Assembly (NCBI GenBank): GCA_965206595.1
Contig: OZ242214.1
Location: forward strand, 4,448,001 to 4,512,000
DNA length: 64,000 bases
From: Candidatus Latescibacterota bacterium
Lineage (GTDB): Bacteria; Latescibacterota; UBA2968; UBA8231
Direction: 5' to 3'
The translations under genes and the position numbers were made by a program. The notes below the pieces were generated by a model. The model had not been told where the DNA came from. It did not search any database and saw nothing but the letters and a program-made list of their open reading frames with translations. Below, in pieces: positions 41,300-51,833 of the stretch; the stretch's first letter is position 1, and the number at the start of each line of letters is the position of its first letter.

Positions 41300-42061
41300 A
41301 TGAGAAAAGAAGAATCAATTGACGGAGACTATCTGGCCCCAGCGAAATACGACAAATACTACGACGCGTAGGCTACGCTTCCAGAACGGTTTCTGGCTGA
41401 CCTCGCCTCTCGCGGAAGGGTCCTTGAACTGGAATTTGGAACTGGCCGGATAGCAATTCCCCTGGCGGAGAACGGCCTTGAGGTGACCGGGATCGATTAT
41501 TCCGAGCCGATGGTAAGCCTTGCCAGATCAAAGGCCGAAGACAGACAGGTGAGGGTCGACTGGATCCGCGACGATATACGCTGCTTTGACACCGGTAAGC
41601 GATATGGGTCGATCTTGCTACTGCACAACGCATTATGGCACCTGCACAACCTTTCCGATTTCGAAGAGTGCATTCGCTGTGTGAAGCGTCATCTCCTTCC
41701 GGGTGGTTTCTTCATTTTGGACGTCTTTGTCCCTGGGGTGGAGATCCTCAATCGCGACCCAGGCATTCGGTACCCATTCTCTCGCTACACGGACGATGAC
41801 ACGGGACAAGAAGTGCAGGTTACTCAGTCCTACAGGTATGAAGCAGACACCGAGATCGCGCGCATGGTGCACTACAGAAAGGACTCTGATGAGATCGTTG
41901 GGGGTCTGAATCTCCGGATGTATTTCCCGAAGGAACTGGATGCCTTGCTGAAGTACAACGGGATAAGGATCAAGGAGAAATTCGGGAGCTGGGACCGTGA
42001 CCCCTTTGGGCCGGACTCCAGGCATCAGCTTTGTTTCTGCACCACCATGGAGGACGGCTGA
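41300..42061 (+). pseudogene. Cassette 8: class I SAM-dependent methyltransferase with in-frame TAG at codon 24
   Basis: ATG 41300 is in frame with ORF 41483; TAG 41369-41371 precedes motif I VLELEFGTGRIAIPLA. Confidence 0.75.
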
Positions 42062-42334
42062 GCAGCCGGAATCGCATATCGGATATCACTCCAATTCACC
42101 CGGCGTCCGCCGCTCCCCTGAGGCTGTGCCCACCCCGCATGCGCGAGACCGGAATTGTGAGAAAGTCTGGGGACCTTAGGATGAATTGGTCGCGAGATAC
42201 AGGAGATGATACAGGCATGTCCAACCTGAAGGACGGGACCTTCGACAAGCGCGTCGATTACGACCCGGATAGCAATGTTCCTGTCCTGTCCCCGGCATAC
42301 GCAGTGGACTTCGAAGAATTTCGAGAGGTAGGTG

Positions 42335-42870
42335 ATGAAATCTGAATACGTGATGGCGTTGATTTTCGAATTCTGGGCCTTCTGTTGGGACTTCAAGCAG
42401 TAGCCTTCATCCCGGGCATAATGTTGGCGACTTCAGAGCCGTTTTTCGGGGGTTCGCCAACATGGCCGCTCGTGATGCCTCAAGTGCTCGTATGGGTGCT
42501 GTGTCTGCCAGTAGCTTTCGTGTTGTTTCGCTACGAACGATGGCTTGCCAACCTCGTTGTGGCTGAAGACGAGCATCTGGAACTGGCGGGAGTGGCCGTA
42601 GAGACCGCCGATACCCTACCGGTTTTTCGTTTGCTCTTGCGCGTTGTTGGCGCATTCGTTGTTGCCTGGTCGGTGCCCGAGTTGGCCGGTCATGGTTTCG
42701 CCCACGTGATGCTGTACCAGATGAGCGGCCCGCAAATCTGGACTCAGATCGCCCCGGGCGTTGTGAAGCTGGCTATAGGCGTATATCTGCTCAAAGGTGG
42801 GACACACCTTGTACGCTTCGCGTACGGCTCCCAGCCCATATCCGATTACCCAGGAAATGACGAAACCTGA
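42335..42870 (+). pseudogene. Hypothetical membrane protein, 5' frameshift
   Basis: ATG 42335 out of frame with hydrophobic ORF 42385..42870. Confidence 0.5.
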
Positions 42871-43005
42871 TTACATGCCAGTCTGGAAAGGCATAAGAAA
42901 GTCGTTTCCGTGAGGAGGTCATTTGTCGTGTAACAGCGCCATTCCGGATGGAGCTTTCACCTTCGCCAGAATGCTTCTTAAGTTCGGGAAACCGGCCGAC
43001 TTGCT

Positions 43006-43362
43006 GTGAGAAGTGCAAGATCAGATCGATCAGAATCGAGGACTCCCGATGAATGGCAGGACAGGTACGTATTTGACACCCAAGGTTACGTGGTGCTTCC
43101 CGACATCCTCACTCATTCCGAGGTTGAGCGCCTCGTCGACGCCTTCCCGAGGGATGACAAAGGCCAGGTCATGCTCGAAGCTCCTGACGACAACTCACAT
43201 CATGACAACAGCATCCAGGGAAGGGTGCTCGATCATCGAGCTCTGATTGAGGCCAGCGTCACCGGCTACCTGGGACGCAGCTGCATGAAGCATCCTGCCG
43301 CCTGGGACATCGGTTCCGTCGGTAGCCTGGGGCCCATCAGGATCGCCCTGATAGGGCACTGA
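43006..43362 (+). pseudogene. PhyH-family N-terminal fragment
   Basis: RYVFDTQGYVVLPDILT, then truncated. Confidence 0.5.
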
Positions 43363-43432
43363 TTCTCACCGAATCCGACCGGTATGTCCTCAAGGCAGTA
43401 GGCGATTTGATTGGAAAAAGGGGGCCCTCGAT

Positions 43433-44176
43433 ATGCCAGGTTTCATGTCATGGAAGGAAATGAACTGGCTTCTGCCTGACTTTAATGAGACCGGGTTGAT
43501 CTACCACGGAAGTCAGCCTGAAAATCTGGCTTCTATCTTCCAGAATGGCCTGATTCCCCAATACAATAGTCCCAGAGATGGGCACGAAACAATCTACAAT
43601 GCACACTACCGGTACCGGCCCAAGTCCATTCCAGACTGGGTGGATCCGAGACGATGTATTTTTGGTTACATGAACCGGGCCAGGCAAGGAGGCTGGGGCG
43701 GCATTGTGGATGGAATAGTCAATGGTGTAACCATTGGCATTAAAGCAGCAGATCATATCACTGAGCGGACCTGGACAGCCTGCGTCCGGTTTTCAGATAT
43801 GGTGGACTGCCCGGAGGAGGCAGGGTACTTCGATACGGAGGAGAGAAAAGCCTTTTTCAAGGACAGAATGGAACCGGTTTCGTGTAAAGCATACTGGGAG
43901 ACCAGCCTCTCATTTCACGATAACTTGAAGATTCGCCTGGATCATTTGCTCCCGATGCAGGGAAATCATGAGCTATTGATTTGTTCGGAGATTGATCCTG
44001 GGTTACTAAATCTTCGAGGGTTCAGAGTGCGGGGGGCAAATGGAACACGCGAGGTTGTCAGCAATGACCTGTCCGAGGTGTTTCTGAATGCCGAAGAAAA
44101 GCTTCGGAACAACATGCCAATTGTGGGGGAACTGAAGGCCGTCAGCGAATTCTGCGGCCGTTCGGCCAGCGCCTGA
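43433..44176 (+). CDS. Hypothetical protein
   Basis: 247-aa ORF; YHGS...SIFQNGL weakly recalls ADP-ribosyltransferase/DarT-like N-termini. Confidence 0.65.
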   Translation: MPGFMSWKEMNWLLPDFNETGLIYHGSQPENLASIFQNGLIPQYNSPRDGHETIYNAHYRYRPKSIPDWVDPRRCIFGYMNRARQGGWGGIVDGIVNGVTIGIKAADHITERTWTACVRFSDMVDCPEEAGYFDTEERKAFFKDRMEPVSCKAYWETSLSFHDNLKIRLDHLLPMQGNHELLICSEIDPGLLNLRGFRVRGANGTREVVSNDLSEVFLNAEEKLRNNMPIVGELKAVSEFCGRSASA

Positions 44177-44365
44177 CAACAACGGTTTCCCTTTGAACTG
44201 CGGCGGTATTTGCACGGCCGGGCTCAAAGGTGCGTAACAACCCGGGGAGACCAGAGCCTGGTGACCGCACCCTGAAAGAATGCGGGCAGCTGTGGCGGCC
44301 ATGAAAAACGCAGGTGGGTATTGGCTTGGAGCTGAACCCAACAACGCCAACGAGGAGTCCCGAGA

Positions 44366-44707
44366 ATGAAAGAGATTGCGCCCACACTTCCGGTATCCGA
44401 TGTCCAGAAAGCTGTCGAGTTCTATCGGGGCAAGTTGGCGTTCAGTGTCGGTTTCCAGAATCATCCCGTCTTTGCTTTGGTTCGGCGCGGCGCTGTCAGT
44501 ATCGGTTTGCAGCTTGCTTCGCAGCGACGGCCAGCCGGGACAGGAAGTTGCTACATCTGGGTGGATGATGTCAGGGAAATTTATAATGAGTTGTCCGGAA
44601 GAGGAGTTGAATTCGCAGATGACATCGCGTTTCGCGATGAATATGAAATGACCGACTTCGTCCTCCATGATCCGGATGGGAACCACATCGGGATTGGCGG
44701 AAACTGA
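44366..44707 (+). CDS. VOC/glyoxalase/bleomycin-resistance family protein
   Basis: LPVSDVQKAVEFY, FVLHDPDGNHI. Confidence 0.85.
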   Translation: MKEIAPTLPVSDVQKAVEFYRGKLAFSVGFQNHPVFALVRRGAVSIGLQLASQRRPAGTGSCYIWVDDVREIYNELSGRGVEFADDIAFRDEYEMTDFVLHDPDGNHIGIGGN

Positions 44708-44807
44708 GGGGGTCATGAATGCGAATCTGGCAGGTTCCATCGCCCTGACTCCACCTCTAAGGCCAATGGGGGTAAAAAGCGGACGTTCTTAGTGGAAGCT
44801 CGATTCC

Positions 44808-45593
44808 ATGGAACTGACCAGAGATGACATTGAAGCGGGCTTTCGTAATCTCGGCCTGAAGGAAGGCGAAACAGTTGAAGTTCATAGCTCATTGAGCAGC
44901 TTGCGCAATGTGCAAGGGGGAGCTGAAACTGTCGTGGATGCCTTGATGAGTGTCGTGGGCGAAAGTGGAGCGTTGGTGATGTCCAACTATCCGCTCACCC
45001 CCCCGATCCCCTTGACTTCCGAGGAGAAATCCAAAGGAATAGGTTGGAAACTCAGAATTCTGACCGAGGACTCAGACGAAAGGACGGTGACCGGCGCCAT
45101 TTCCGACGAGTTTCGCTTCAGAGCTGATGTTGTATGCGGTTCTGGGACCCGTCGTGTCTGTGCCTGGGGCCGGGATGCGGATTTGCACGCCAAGGGATAT
45201 CGACACTTGCTCGAAGTCGATGGGCTGGTTCTTCTCCTTGGTGTAGACATAGATCGATGTTCAAGCATGCATCTCGCCGACGGAGTGAAGGTTACCAAGG
45301 AGGCCAGGGAGCGGATGAATGCAATATGGCCTGATCCAGGGTGCAAAATCACGGACGAAGTCAGGCGGGAATATCCTTCAGATATAATCATTGGCCCCAG
45401 GGAAGGGACATCTGGAAATCCTTGGGAAAATGCCAGACAGGAAGCTGAAAGACGAGGATTGATAAGGAGAGGTAAGGTCGGTCAAGCAGACTGCTTGCTA
45501 TTCAGGGCGAGGGATCTAGTCGGTCTGATTGAGAAAGTTCGTAAATCTGGGCCTTTCAAAGACGCATTGCAGAACATTTTTGACGAGGAATAA
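44808..45593 (+). CDS. AAC(3)/YokD family N-acetyltransferase
   Basis: VHSSLSSL..V.GGAETVVDAL, GAISDEFR, LLLGVDIDRCSSMHLA. Confidence 0.8.
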   Translation: MELTRDDIEAGFRNLGLKEGETVEVHSSLSSLRNVQGGAETVVDALMSVVGESGALVMSNYPLTPPIPLTSEEKSKGIGWKLRILTEDSDERTVTGAISDEFRFRADVVCGSGTRRVCAWGRDADLHAKGYRHLLEVDGLVLLLGVDIDRCSSMHLADGVKVTKEARERMNAIWPDPGCKITDEVRREYPSDIIIGPREGTSGNPWENARQEAERRGLIRRGKVGQADCLLFRARDLVGLIEKVRKSGPFKDALQNIFDEE

Positions 45594-45672
45594 GGATGGC
45601 GCTGATAGCTCAGCGCGGAGAAAGCAGGGCAAAGGTCCAAGACGAACCGCGGCGGACCTGGCCGGAATGACT

Positions 45673-47034
45673 ATGCAATACTTCCAACCTGGCGGCGACT
45701 TCTTCGTCGGCGACTGCATGCCCTTTTACCACGATGGTGTCTTCCGGCTCTTCTACCTTCTGGACGAGGGCCACCACGGAGCACTCGGCGGGTTGGGAGG
45801 CCATCAGTGGGCACAGGCAAGCACGACGGACCTCCTTCACTGGGAACACCATCCGCTCGCCATCCCGATCACCGAGGAGCGTGAAGGTTCCATCTGCACC
45901 GGTTCGGTGTTCTTCCACGAAGGGACATACTACGGTTTCTACGCGACGCGCATGCGCGACAGGACGCAGCATCTGAGTCTTGCGACCAGTCACGAGGGCG
46001 TCCACTTCCAGAAGACCGAACCCAATCCGTTCGCTTCGCCGCCTCCTGGCTACGACCCGGTCCATTACCGTGACCCGTTCGTCTTCCAGGATCGCGGTGA
46101 AGGACTCTTCCACATGCTCGTTACGGCGTGCCTGGAAGACTGGCCCATCGGCGACCGCGGCGGGTGCCTTGCCCACCTGGTTTCCGCAGACTTGAAACAC
46201 TGGGAGAACAGAAAGCCGTTTATCGTGCCGGGTCTGCCGGGGGCGCCCGAATGTCCGGATTATTTCTTCTGGAATGGCTGGTACTATCTCGTATTCAGCA
46301 ACCGCGGGGTCGCCCGCTACAGAATGTCGCGAGAGCCCTTCGGACCCTGGCTTCGGCCGCAGGTCGACGCCCTTGACGGAGCTGCTGCACGGGTAATGAA
46401 GACTGCGCCATTCGGGGACGGCAGGCGCCTTGGTGTTGCCTGGATCGGCACACGCGAGAACAACCGGGACGATGGACCGTTTCAGTGGGGGGGCAACGCC
46501 GTATTCCGAGAACTGATCCAACATGACGACGGCACTCTTGGTGCGAAGTTTCCGGAGGAACTGACCCCTGGCGGTGACCCGCTGTCCGCTCTGCACCTGT
46601 CCGCGCTCGATGCCGATACGAGAGTTGAGGGACGCAGTGTCCACGCAGCAGCTCGGCAAGGCCTGGCAGCGGCCGGCTGTTCCGGCATTCCACGCAATGC
46701 GCGACTGGCAATCCGTGTCCTTCCTCAGCCAGGCTCCCTGGGTTTCGGGCTTCGCCTCCGGGCTGGTGAGACATTCGACTCAGGATGCGACCTGGACTTC
46801 TCACCCTATGACCGGGTCGCCAGGCTGCACGATCAGTGGATATATGGTGTCGATGGACTGGATCGCCCCTTCTCCCTGGAGATAGTTCTCAGGGACGACA
46901 TCATTGACGTTTGCATCGACGGCCGCAGGACGCTTATCGATCGATGTCCGGAAAGGCGGGGCGACCGGATGCTGCTGTATGCGCAGGATTCGGGGGTCAC
47001 GTTTGAGGTTGCCGAGATCGCTGCTCTGCCGTAG
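45673..47034 (+). CDS. Glycoside hydrolase family 32-like
   Basis: GDCMPFY, ICTGSV, YRDPFV, ECPDYF. Confidence 0.82.
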   Translation: MQYFQPGGDFFVGDCMPFYHDGVFRLFYLLDEGHHGALGGLGGHQWAQASTTDLLHWEHHPLAIPITEEREGSICTGSVFFHEGTYYGFYATRMRDRTQHLSLATSHEGVHFQKTEPNPFASPPPGYDPVHYRDPFVFQDRGEGLFHMLVTACLEDWPIGDRGGCLAHLVSADLKHWENRKPFIVPGLPGAPECPDYFFWNGWYYLVFSNRGVARYRMSREPFGPWLRPQVDALDGAAARVMKTAPFGDGRRLGVAWIGTRENNRDDGPFQWGGNAVFRELIQHDDGTLGAKFPEELTPGGDPLSALHLSALDADTRVEGRSVHAAARQGLAAAGCSGIPRNARLAIRVLPQPGSLGFGLRLRAGETFDSGCDLDFSPYDRVARLHDQWIYGVDGLDRPFSLEIVLRDDIIDVCIDGRRTLIDRCPERRGDRMLLYAQDSGVTFEVAEIAALP

Positions 47035-47149
47035 CGCAGAGAGAATTGCGGGCCACACCACCCGCCACCAATCCCCAACACCCGGGGAACAGAAGCTGGG
47101 GTTCACAAACAGACAGCCCGTTAGGCGCCAGTCGAGGAAACTCCCGAAC

Positions 47150-47764
47150 GTGAAACGGACGGCCACCAAAATCCCACTCAGGGTGCAGACAACGCGGTTG
47201 GAAACCTTCAACCGCGAACGTCACGCCTGGCCGGTCTCCCTGCGCCGGAAGTGCTCGGCGGATTCGGGGCGAACCTGGGTCTTCACGGATGGTGGCGGTG
47301 ATGGGCGGTTCGGGGCTGTCGTTGTGCGTCCGGGAATCGAAGAACACCGGATGGCGGGACGCCGCGGATCACGGACCAACAGCGTGGTTGCCGAACTCGA
47401 TGGGGTCGTGTTGGGTCTGGAGAATTGCCGACTGGGTGAGAGAATCACGATCGTGTCCGACTATCTGTGGACAGCATACTATATCAACGGCTGGCGCCGC
47501 GTACACCATCCTCGGCTTCGTGAAGGAGTTGTACATGCGAGGAGGCGTCTGGAAAAGCTGCGGGGCGCCGTGTTCGTGCATTACGCGCTGGAAACCGGGG
47601 GCGAATGTGCCTTCAGACGATGGAACGCTGTCGCTCATGACCTGTGTCAAAAGGACATGGTCGGGACCAACTCGCGTACTCCTTGGGACCAGACCAAAGC
47701 GTTGGACATTGTTTCGGAATATCCCCTGAATAGACGGGGACATACCGCATTGTCCCCGGTATAG
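47150..47764 (+). CDS. RNase HI-like protein
   Basis: VFTDG, TNSVVAEL, IVSDY, WNAVAHDL; follows GTTAGGC core at 47120; start uncertain. Confidence 0.6.
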   Translation: MKRTATKIPLRVQTTRLETFNRERHAWPVSLRRKCSADSGRTWVFTDGGGDGRFGAVVVRPGIEEHRMAGRRGSRTNSVVAELDGVVLGLENCRLGERITIVSDYLWTAYYINGWRRVHHPRLREGVVHARRRLEKLRGAVFVHYALETGGECAFRRWNAVAHDLCQKDMVGTNSRTPWDQTKALDIVSEYPLNRRGHTALSPV

Positions 47765-47797
47765 GCAGACACGTCACCTAAAAAGGAAACGCGCAAA

Positions 47798-48565
47798 ATG
47801 GGACACTGCTGGACGCTTGCCCTTGAACAGCAAACGGACCTGACCTCATCCCACGGCTCGGTTTCCGAGTTGGCGGCAGCAGTACGCCGAGGCGCGGATC
47901 TCCGGCTTTACATGACCACGGATCGGTACGAGGAAACCCTCTACTTCCAGCAGACTTATGCCGGTGAGAATGGCGCGTTCGCAGGGCTGATGAGCCACCA
48001 CCACAGCTACGTGCACCGCGGCCAGGACATAGAGCAACCATACATCAGCATCTTCAAATACGACGACTCCGGGAGCTTCTCCCACGTGAAGTGGATGTCG
48101 GGTGATGTGCGCATGGATGAGAGCCAGGCCTATTCGTACGGGATATATCGGTGGTTTATCTGCGACCGCTGGCGAACCGTCTACGAGCACGATGCCGATG
48201 GCAGTCCCGTGCGCGGAAATCTGGAGGAACTGAAAGAGCATGTCCGGCTGGGGCACTCGGTTCAGGTAGGAGTCCGCCAACTGTTCGGTTTGGCCGAGGA
48301 TACCACTGCCGGGCCATCGCACATCTCGTTTGTCACCACGATGCAGCCGCTCATCCGGGATGCCCATGTGCAGTCCAACTGCGACCTCGTTGCGATAGGC
48401 GCCCCGAAATGGCCGTGCACCTGGCGCGACGGCCTCCATGTGGCAGTGATGCTCCCCTCCACGTCCGGTGAGATTCTTTGCTTCCTTGCCGAACCGGGGA
48501 ATCTCCCGTTTAGACGGGTCATGCGCCGGCGCCCCATGCAGTGGATGGTGGCGGAGATGGAGTGA
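47798..48565 (+). CDS. Hypothetical protein
   Basis: 255-aa ORF with AAGGA RBS. Confidence 0.7.
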   Translation: MGHCWTLALEQQTDLTSSHGSVSELAAAVRRGADLRLYMTTDRYEETLYFQQTYAGENGAFAGLMSHHHSYVHRGQDIEQPYISIFKYDDSGSFSHVKWMSGDVRMDESQAYSYGIYRWFICDRWRTVYEHDADGSPVRGNLEELKEHVRLGHSVQVGVRQLFGLAEDTTAGPSHISFVTTMQPLIRDAHVQSNCDLVAIGAPKWPCTWRDGLHVAVMLPSTSGEILCFLAEPGNLPFRRVMRRRPMQWMVAEME

Positions 48566-48645
48566 ACGCGCGAACCGTTGAATGAACCGCCAAACCCGGA
48601 ATGGGGAACAGGAAAGCGTTGCCGCCGGGAAACCAACCGAGGAAT

Positions 48646-49094
48646 ATGCCAGGAAAACCGATCCAGGTGCTTGTGATTCCATTCCGCATGGGATCTGAGC
48701 CGGAGTTTGCGGTTTTTCACCGTTCCGACGAGGAGATGTGGCAATTCATTGCCGGCGGCGTTGAGGACCGGGAAGACGCAATGCGGGCCGCCCGGCGGGA
48801 GGCGGAAGAAGAGGCGTCCATCCCGAGTGATTTGCCGTTTGTGCGGCTGGATTCGGTTGCTTCCGTTCCCAGGACAGCATTTGAAGAGACGGAGCACTGG
48901 CCGGAAAATCTGCTCTTGTACCCGAGTATTCGTTCGCTGTCGATGTCGGCGACCGAGAGCTGGTGCTATCCTTCGAACACGACGAGGTGAGGTGGGTGCC
49001 TTACGACAAAGCCCGGTGCCTCCATACATGGAACAGCAATCGGGTGGCGCTCTGGGAGCTCAATGAAATGAAAGCCTGCCGCAGACAACAGTGA
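48646..49094 (+). pseudogene. NUDIX pyrophosphatase (NudB-like), frameshifted near 48915
   Basis: WQFIAGGVEDREDAMRAARREAEEE; alternative frame continues PEYSFAV...EHDEVRW...SNRVALWEL. Confidence 0.75.
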
Positions 49095-49239
49095 GGTCTT
49101 CCAGAACTTTTCTGTAGTCTTCCGGGTTCGTAATTCCACAAATAAATCGCTATTCGCCTTGACGCTGATCAGGAGGTCCGAGGGCAGTTTCATTGTTTGG
49201 GGATAATTGGTCCAAACCTTGAGACAGGGAGAAAAGGAA

Positions 49240-49800
49240 TTGTTCGCAAAACTCTTCGTCGTATGCCTCATTGTTGTCGGTTCATGTTTCGGAGTCCAGG
49301 CTGAGCGTCCGGCGGGAATGGTGCTCTATTTCAAGTCCGGAGACGAGGTATTCCTGCTTCTCGCGGATCACCGGGAAAAGGACAGAGGTTGGGCCGGTTA
49401 CGGAGGCGGTCCGGATGAGGGGGAGAGCCAGGCTGAAACGGCGGCGAGAGAAGCGGAGGAAGAGACGAGAGGCTACTTTCTGCGGGATGATCTGCTCGAC
49501 ATGATCAAGGGACAGGAGTCAGTGATAGACAATGGCTTTGCCTTGTACTTCGCGGAAGTCCCCTTTGTTCCCGCACAACTTGTGACCAACAATCCACTTC
49601 CCAGCGACGATGAATCCTACGTTGAAAGAGGTCCGTATGAGGGAACGATCGGAGGCGCCTGTAAAGCGTCTTCTCGACCCACTCGCCATCCAGCAAAAGG
49701 GCATACCTGTCCGGAAAACTCAAGTTTTCCTCGCCGGAAAAAAATTGGCCCCTGCATTACGCGCAGGCGCGAAGACCTGACTTTGGATGTGTTGCGTAAC
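49240..49800 (+). pseudogene. NUDIX-domain protein, 3' end disrupted
   Basis: GGGPDEGESQAETAAREAEEETRG Nudix box; the downstream ORF runs antisense into nadE. Confidence 0.6.
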
Positions 49801-49898
49801 GAAGGGGCCGTTCTTTTATGCTTGTTCATAACGGCATATCCGGTAGTGCGGTTCGTCAAGCAACTATCTCCAATGCGATATAAACGTTTCCTATTCCC

Positions 49899-51833
49899 TC
49901 ACGGCCCCCAGGGCAGGCGCACCACCTGCTCCCGGAGCTCGGCGCAGGCCCGCGGCCGATACGCCGGCCACTGCGTCTCGCGCAGGTCGAAGCCGAAGGC
50001 CCGTTTGCTCAGCACGATCAACGGCGGCGCCTGGATCCTCTTGAAGAAGCTCGAGCGCAGCTGGCGCTCGACCCAGTCGAGATCCTCCAACCAGGCGGCG
50101 GCATCGGCGAAATGGGCACTGAAGGCGTCCCGGTCCCCCCACTGCAGCCGCTCGAGCAGCTCCCCCCGCAGGTACCAGCGCATCAGGTCGGCCGGGTGGC
50201 GCCGGTACTCGATCAGCTGCCGCAGGACGGCGTCGTGGTACCCGTACTTGATCGGGTCCCCCATTCCGCGGGTGACATCCTGCTCTGGAGACAGCTCGGC
50301 GCTCGGCACCGTCGCCATGCTCAGCAGGTTCTCCGGGATCACCTCGCGTCCGTAGACGACGTCGTTGAGGTACCTGCCGAGGGCGAACACCTGCACCTTG
50401 TAAAGATCGCCGAGAGGCGAAACAGCGCCGTCGAGGTCGCCGTAGAGGGTGGTGTACCCGAGGGCGAGCTCGGTTTTGTTGCCGTTGTTGGTGAAGATGA
50501 ACCCGTGCTTGGCGGCGATGCCTGCGAGGAGGTCGGAGAAGCGGATGCGAGCCTGGATGTTCTCGTCGACGAGGCGGTCGTAGCGCCCCTGCGAACGCGG
50601 GAATGCGATCCCCTCGATGCGGCCGGCGACCTGCCGGTACAGGTCCTCGATCGGACAACTGAGATAGTCGACCTGCAGGCGCTCGCACAGCAGGCGGGCG
50701 TTGTCCTGGGTGACGCCGGCATTGTGGCGGGTCGGCATGTTGACAGCGAAGACGCGGTCGGCCCCGAAGGTCAGTTCGAGCAGGCAGGCGACCACGCTCG
50801 AATCGATGCCGCCGCTGACCCCGACGAGAAAGCGGTTCTCGCCGCCGCGCACGTGGTCGAGGTGCCGCAGCCCGGTGCGGATGGCGCAGTACACCGACTC
50901 GACCTCCTCCTCCTCCGGCGCCCCTTCCGGGGCCGGCGGGCCGGACGCTTCCCCGGCCGGGTTAAGCACCAGGAGCTCTTCCTTCCAGGGGCGCGCCCGG
51001 CGCCTGACGCTGCCGTCGCTTCCATAGAAGGTCGAATCGCCGTCGAAGACGATGATGTTCTTGCCGTTGTTCTGGGCGCCTACCTGGTTGACGTAAAAGA
51101 AGGGAAGCGGCGAGCGCTCGAGGATGTCGCGCACGACGCGGTTGCGCTTGTCGTTCTTGCGCCAGGTCCACGGGGAGGAGGAGAGGTTGAAAACCGCCTG
51201 CGCCTCCCGTCCTCGGTAGGCGGCGAGAGTGTCGAGGATGTCGCCGTCGCAGCTGTAGTCCTGGCACCAGATGTCCTCGCACAGCTGCACGCCGAAACGG
51301 AAGCGCCTTCCGTCGCCCTGCGCCACCTCGAACGGAACCATCCAGTCGTAGACCGATCGCCCGGCTTCGGCGGCGAGCTTGCGCAGCGAGTAGAAGTGCC
51401 GGTCGTCGTCGAAGAAGCGGTAGTTGGGATGCAGCGTCTTCGGCTGTACCCCGGGCGGCAATCCATCCGGCAGGCCGGGGCGGACGACGTACTCGCCGTC
51501 GCTGCAGACGTACACGGCGTTGTACTTGCGCATGCGGCCATCTTCCCCGATGCGCCCGCGGTCGATGGCGACGTTGCCGAAGAGGACGGTGATCCCCTCG
51601 CTGGCGCGGCGGATGTCCTCGCTGTACCCGGCGAAGTCGGCGACCAACTCGTCCACCTCCCAGAGATCGCCGACGATGTAGCCGCTGACGCAGAGCTCGG
51701 AAAAGACCACCACCTCCGCTCCCCGGCGGCGCGCCTCGCCGATGAAGCGCAGCATCGACTCGACGTTGAGGTCGGGGCGGCCCGGTTTCACCTCCATCTG
51801 CACCAGGCCGATCCGCGGCAGAGCTTCGGTCAT
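49899..51833 (-). CDS. nadE: Glutamine-dependent NAD+ synthetase
   Basis: Nitrilase domain (FSEL, LCEDIW) plus SGGIDS, ENIQARIR, NKTELALGYTTLYGD, PSAEL. Confidence 0.93.
   Translation of the reverse strand: MTEALPRIGLVQMEVKPGRPDLNVESMLRFIGEARRRGAEVVVFSELCVSGYIVGDLWEVDELVADFAGYSEDIRRASEGITVLFGNVAIDRGRIGEDGRMRKYNAVYVCSDGEYVVRPGLPDGLPPGVQPKTLHPNYRFFDDDRHFYSLRKLAAEAGRSVYDWMVPFEVAQGDGRRFRFGVQLCEDIWCQDYSCDGDILDTLAAYRGREAQAVFNLSSSPWTWRKNDKRNRVVRDILERSPLPFFYVNQVGAQNNGKNIIVFDGDSTFYGSDGSVRRRARPWKEELLVLNPAGEASGPPAPEGAPEEEEVESVYCAIRTGLRHLDHVRGGENRFLVGVSGGIDSSVVACLLELTFGADRVFAVNMPTRHNAGVTQDNARLLCERLQVDYLSCPIEDLYRQVAGRIEGIAFPRSQGRYDRLVDENIQARIRFSDLLAGIAAKHGFIFTNNGNKTELALGYTTLYGDLDGAVSPLGDLYKVQVFALGRYLNDVVYGREVIPENLLSMATVPSAELSPEQDVTRGMGDPIKYGYHDAVLRQLIEYRRHPADLMRWYLRGELLERLQWGDRDAFSAHFADAAAWLEDLDWVERQLRSSFFKRIQAPPLIVLSKRAFGFDLRETQWPAYRPRACAELREQVVRLPWGP

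Larger units (their letters stand above)
35595..49850 (+). mobile_element. Integron-like gene cassette array (well defined to ~42.1 kb, decayed beyond)
   Basis: All credible genes on +, lower GC than flanks, unrelated single-gene units separated by TAAC...GTT hairpins; right boundary approximate. Confidence 0.8.

Noticed and set aside
44808-45593. Bona fide aminoglycoside resistance gene
   Set aside because: Only family-level motifs; the AAC(3)/YokD family includes non-resistance enzymes
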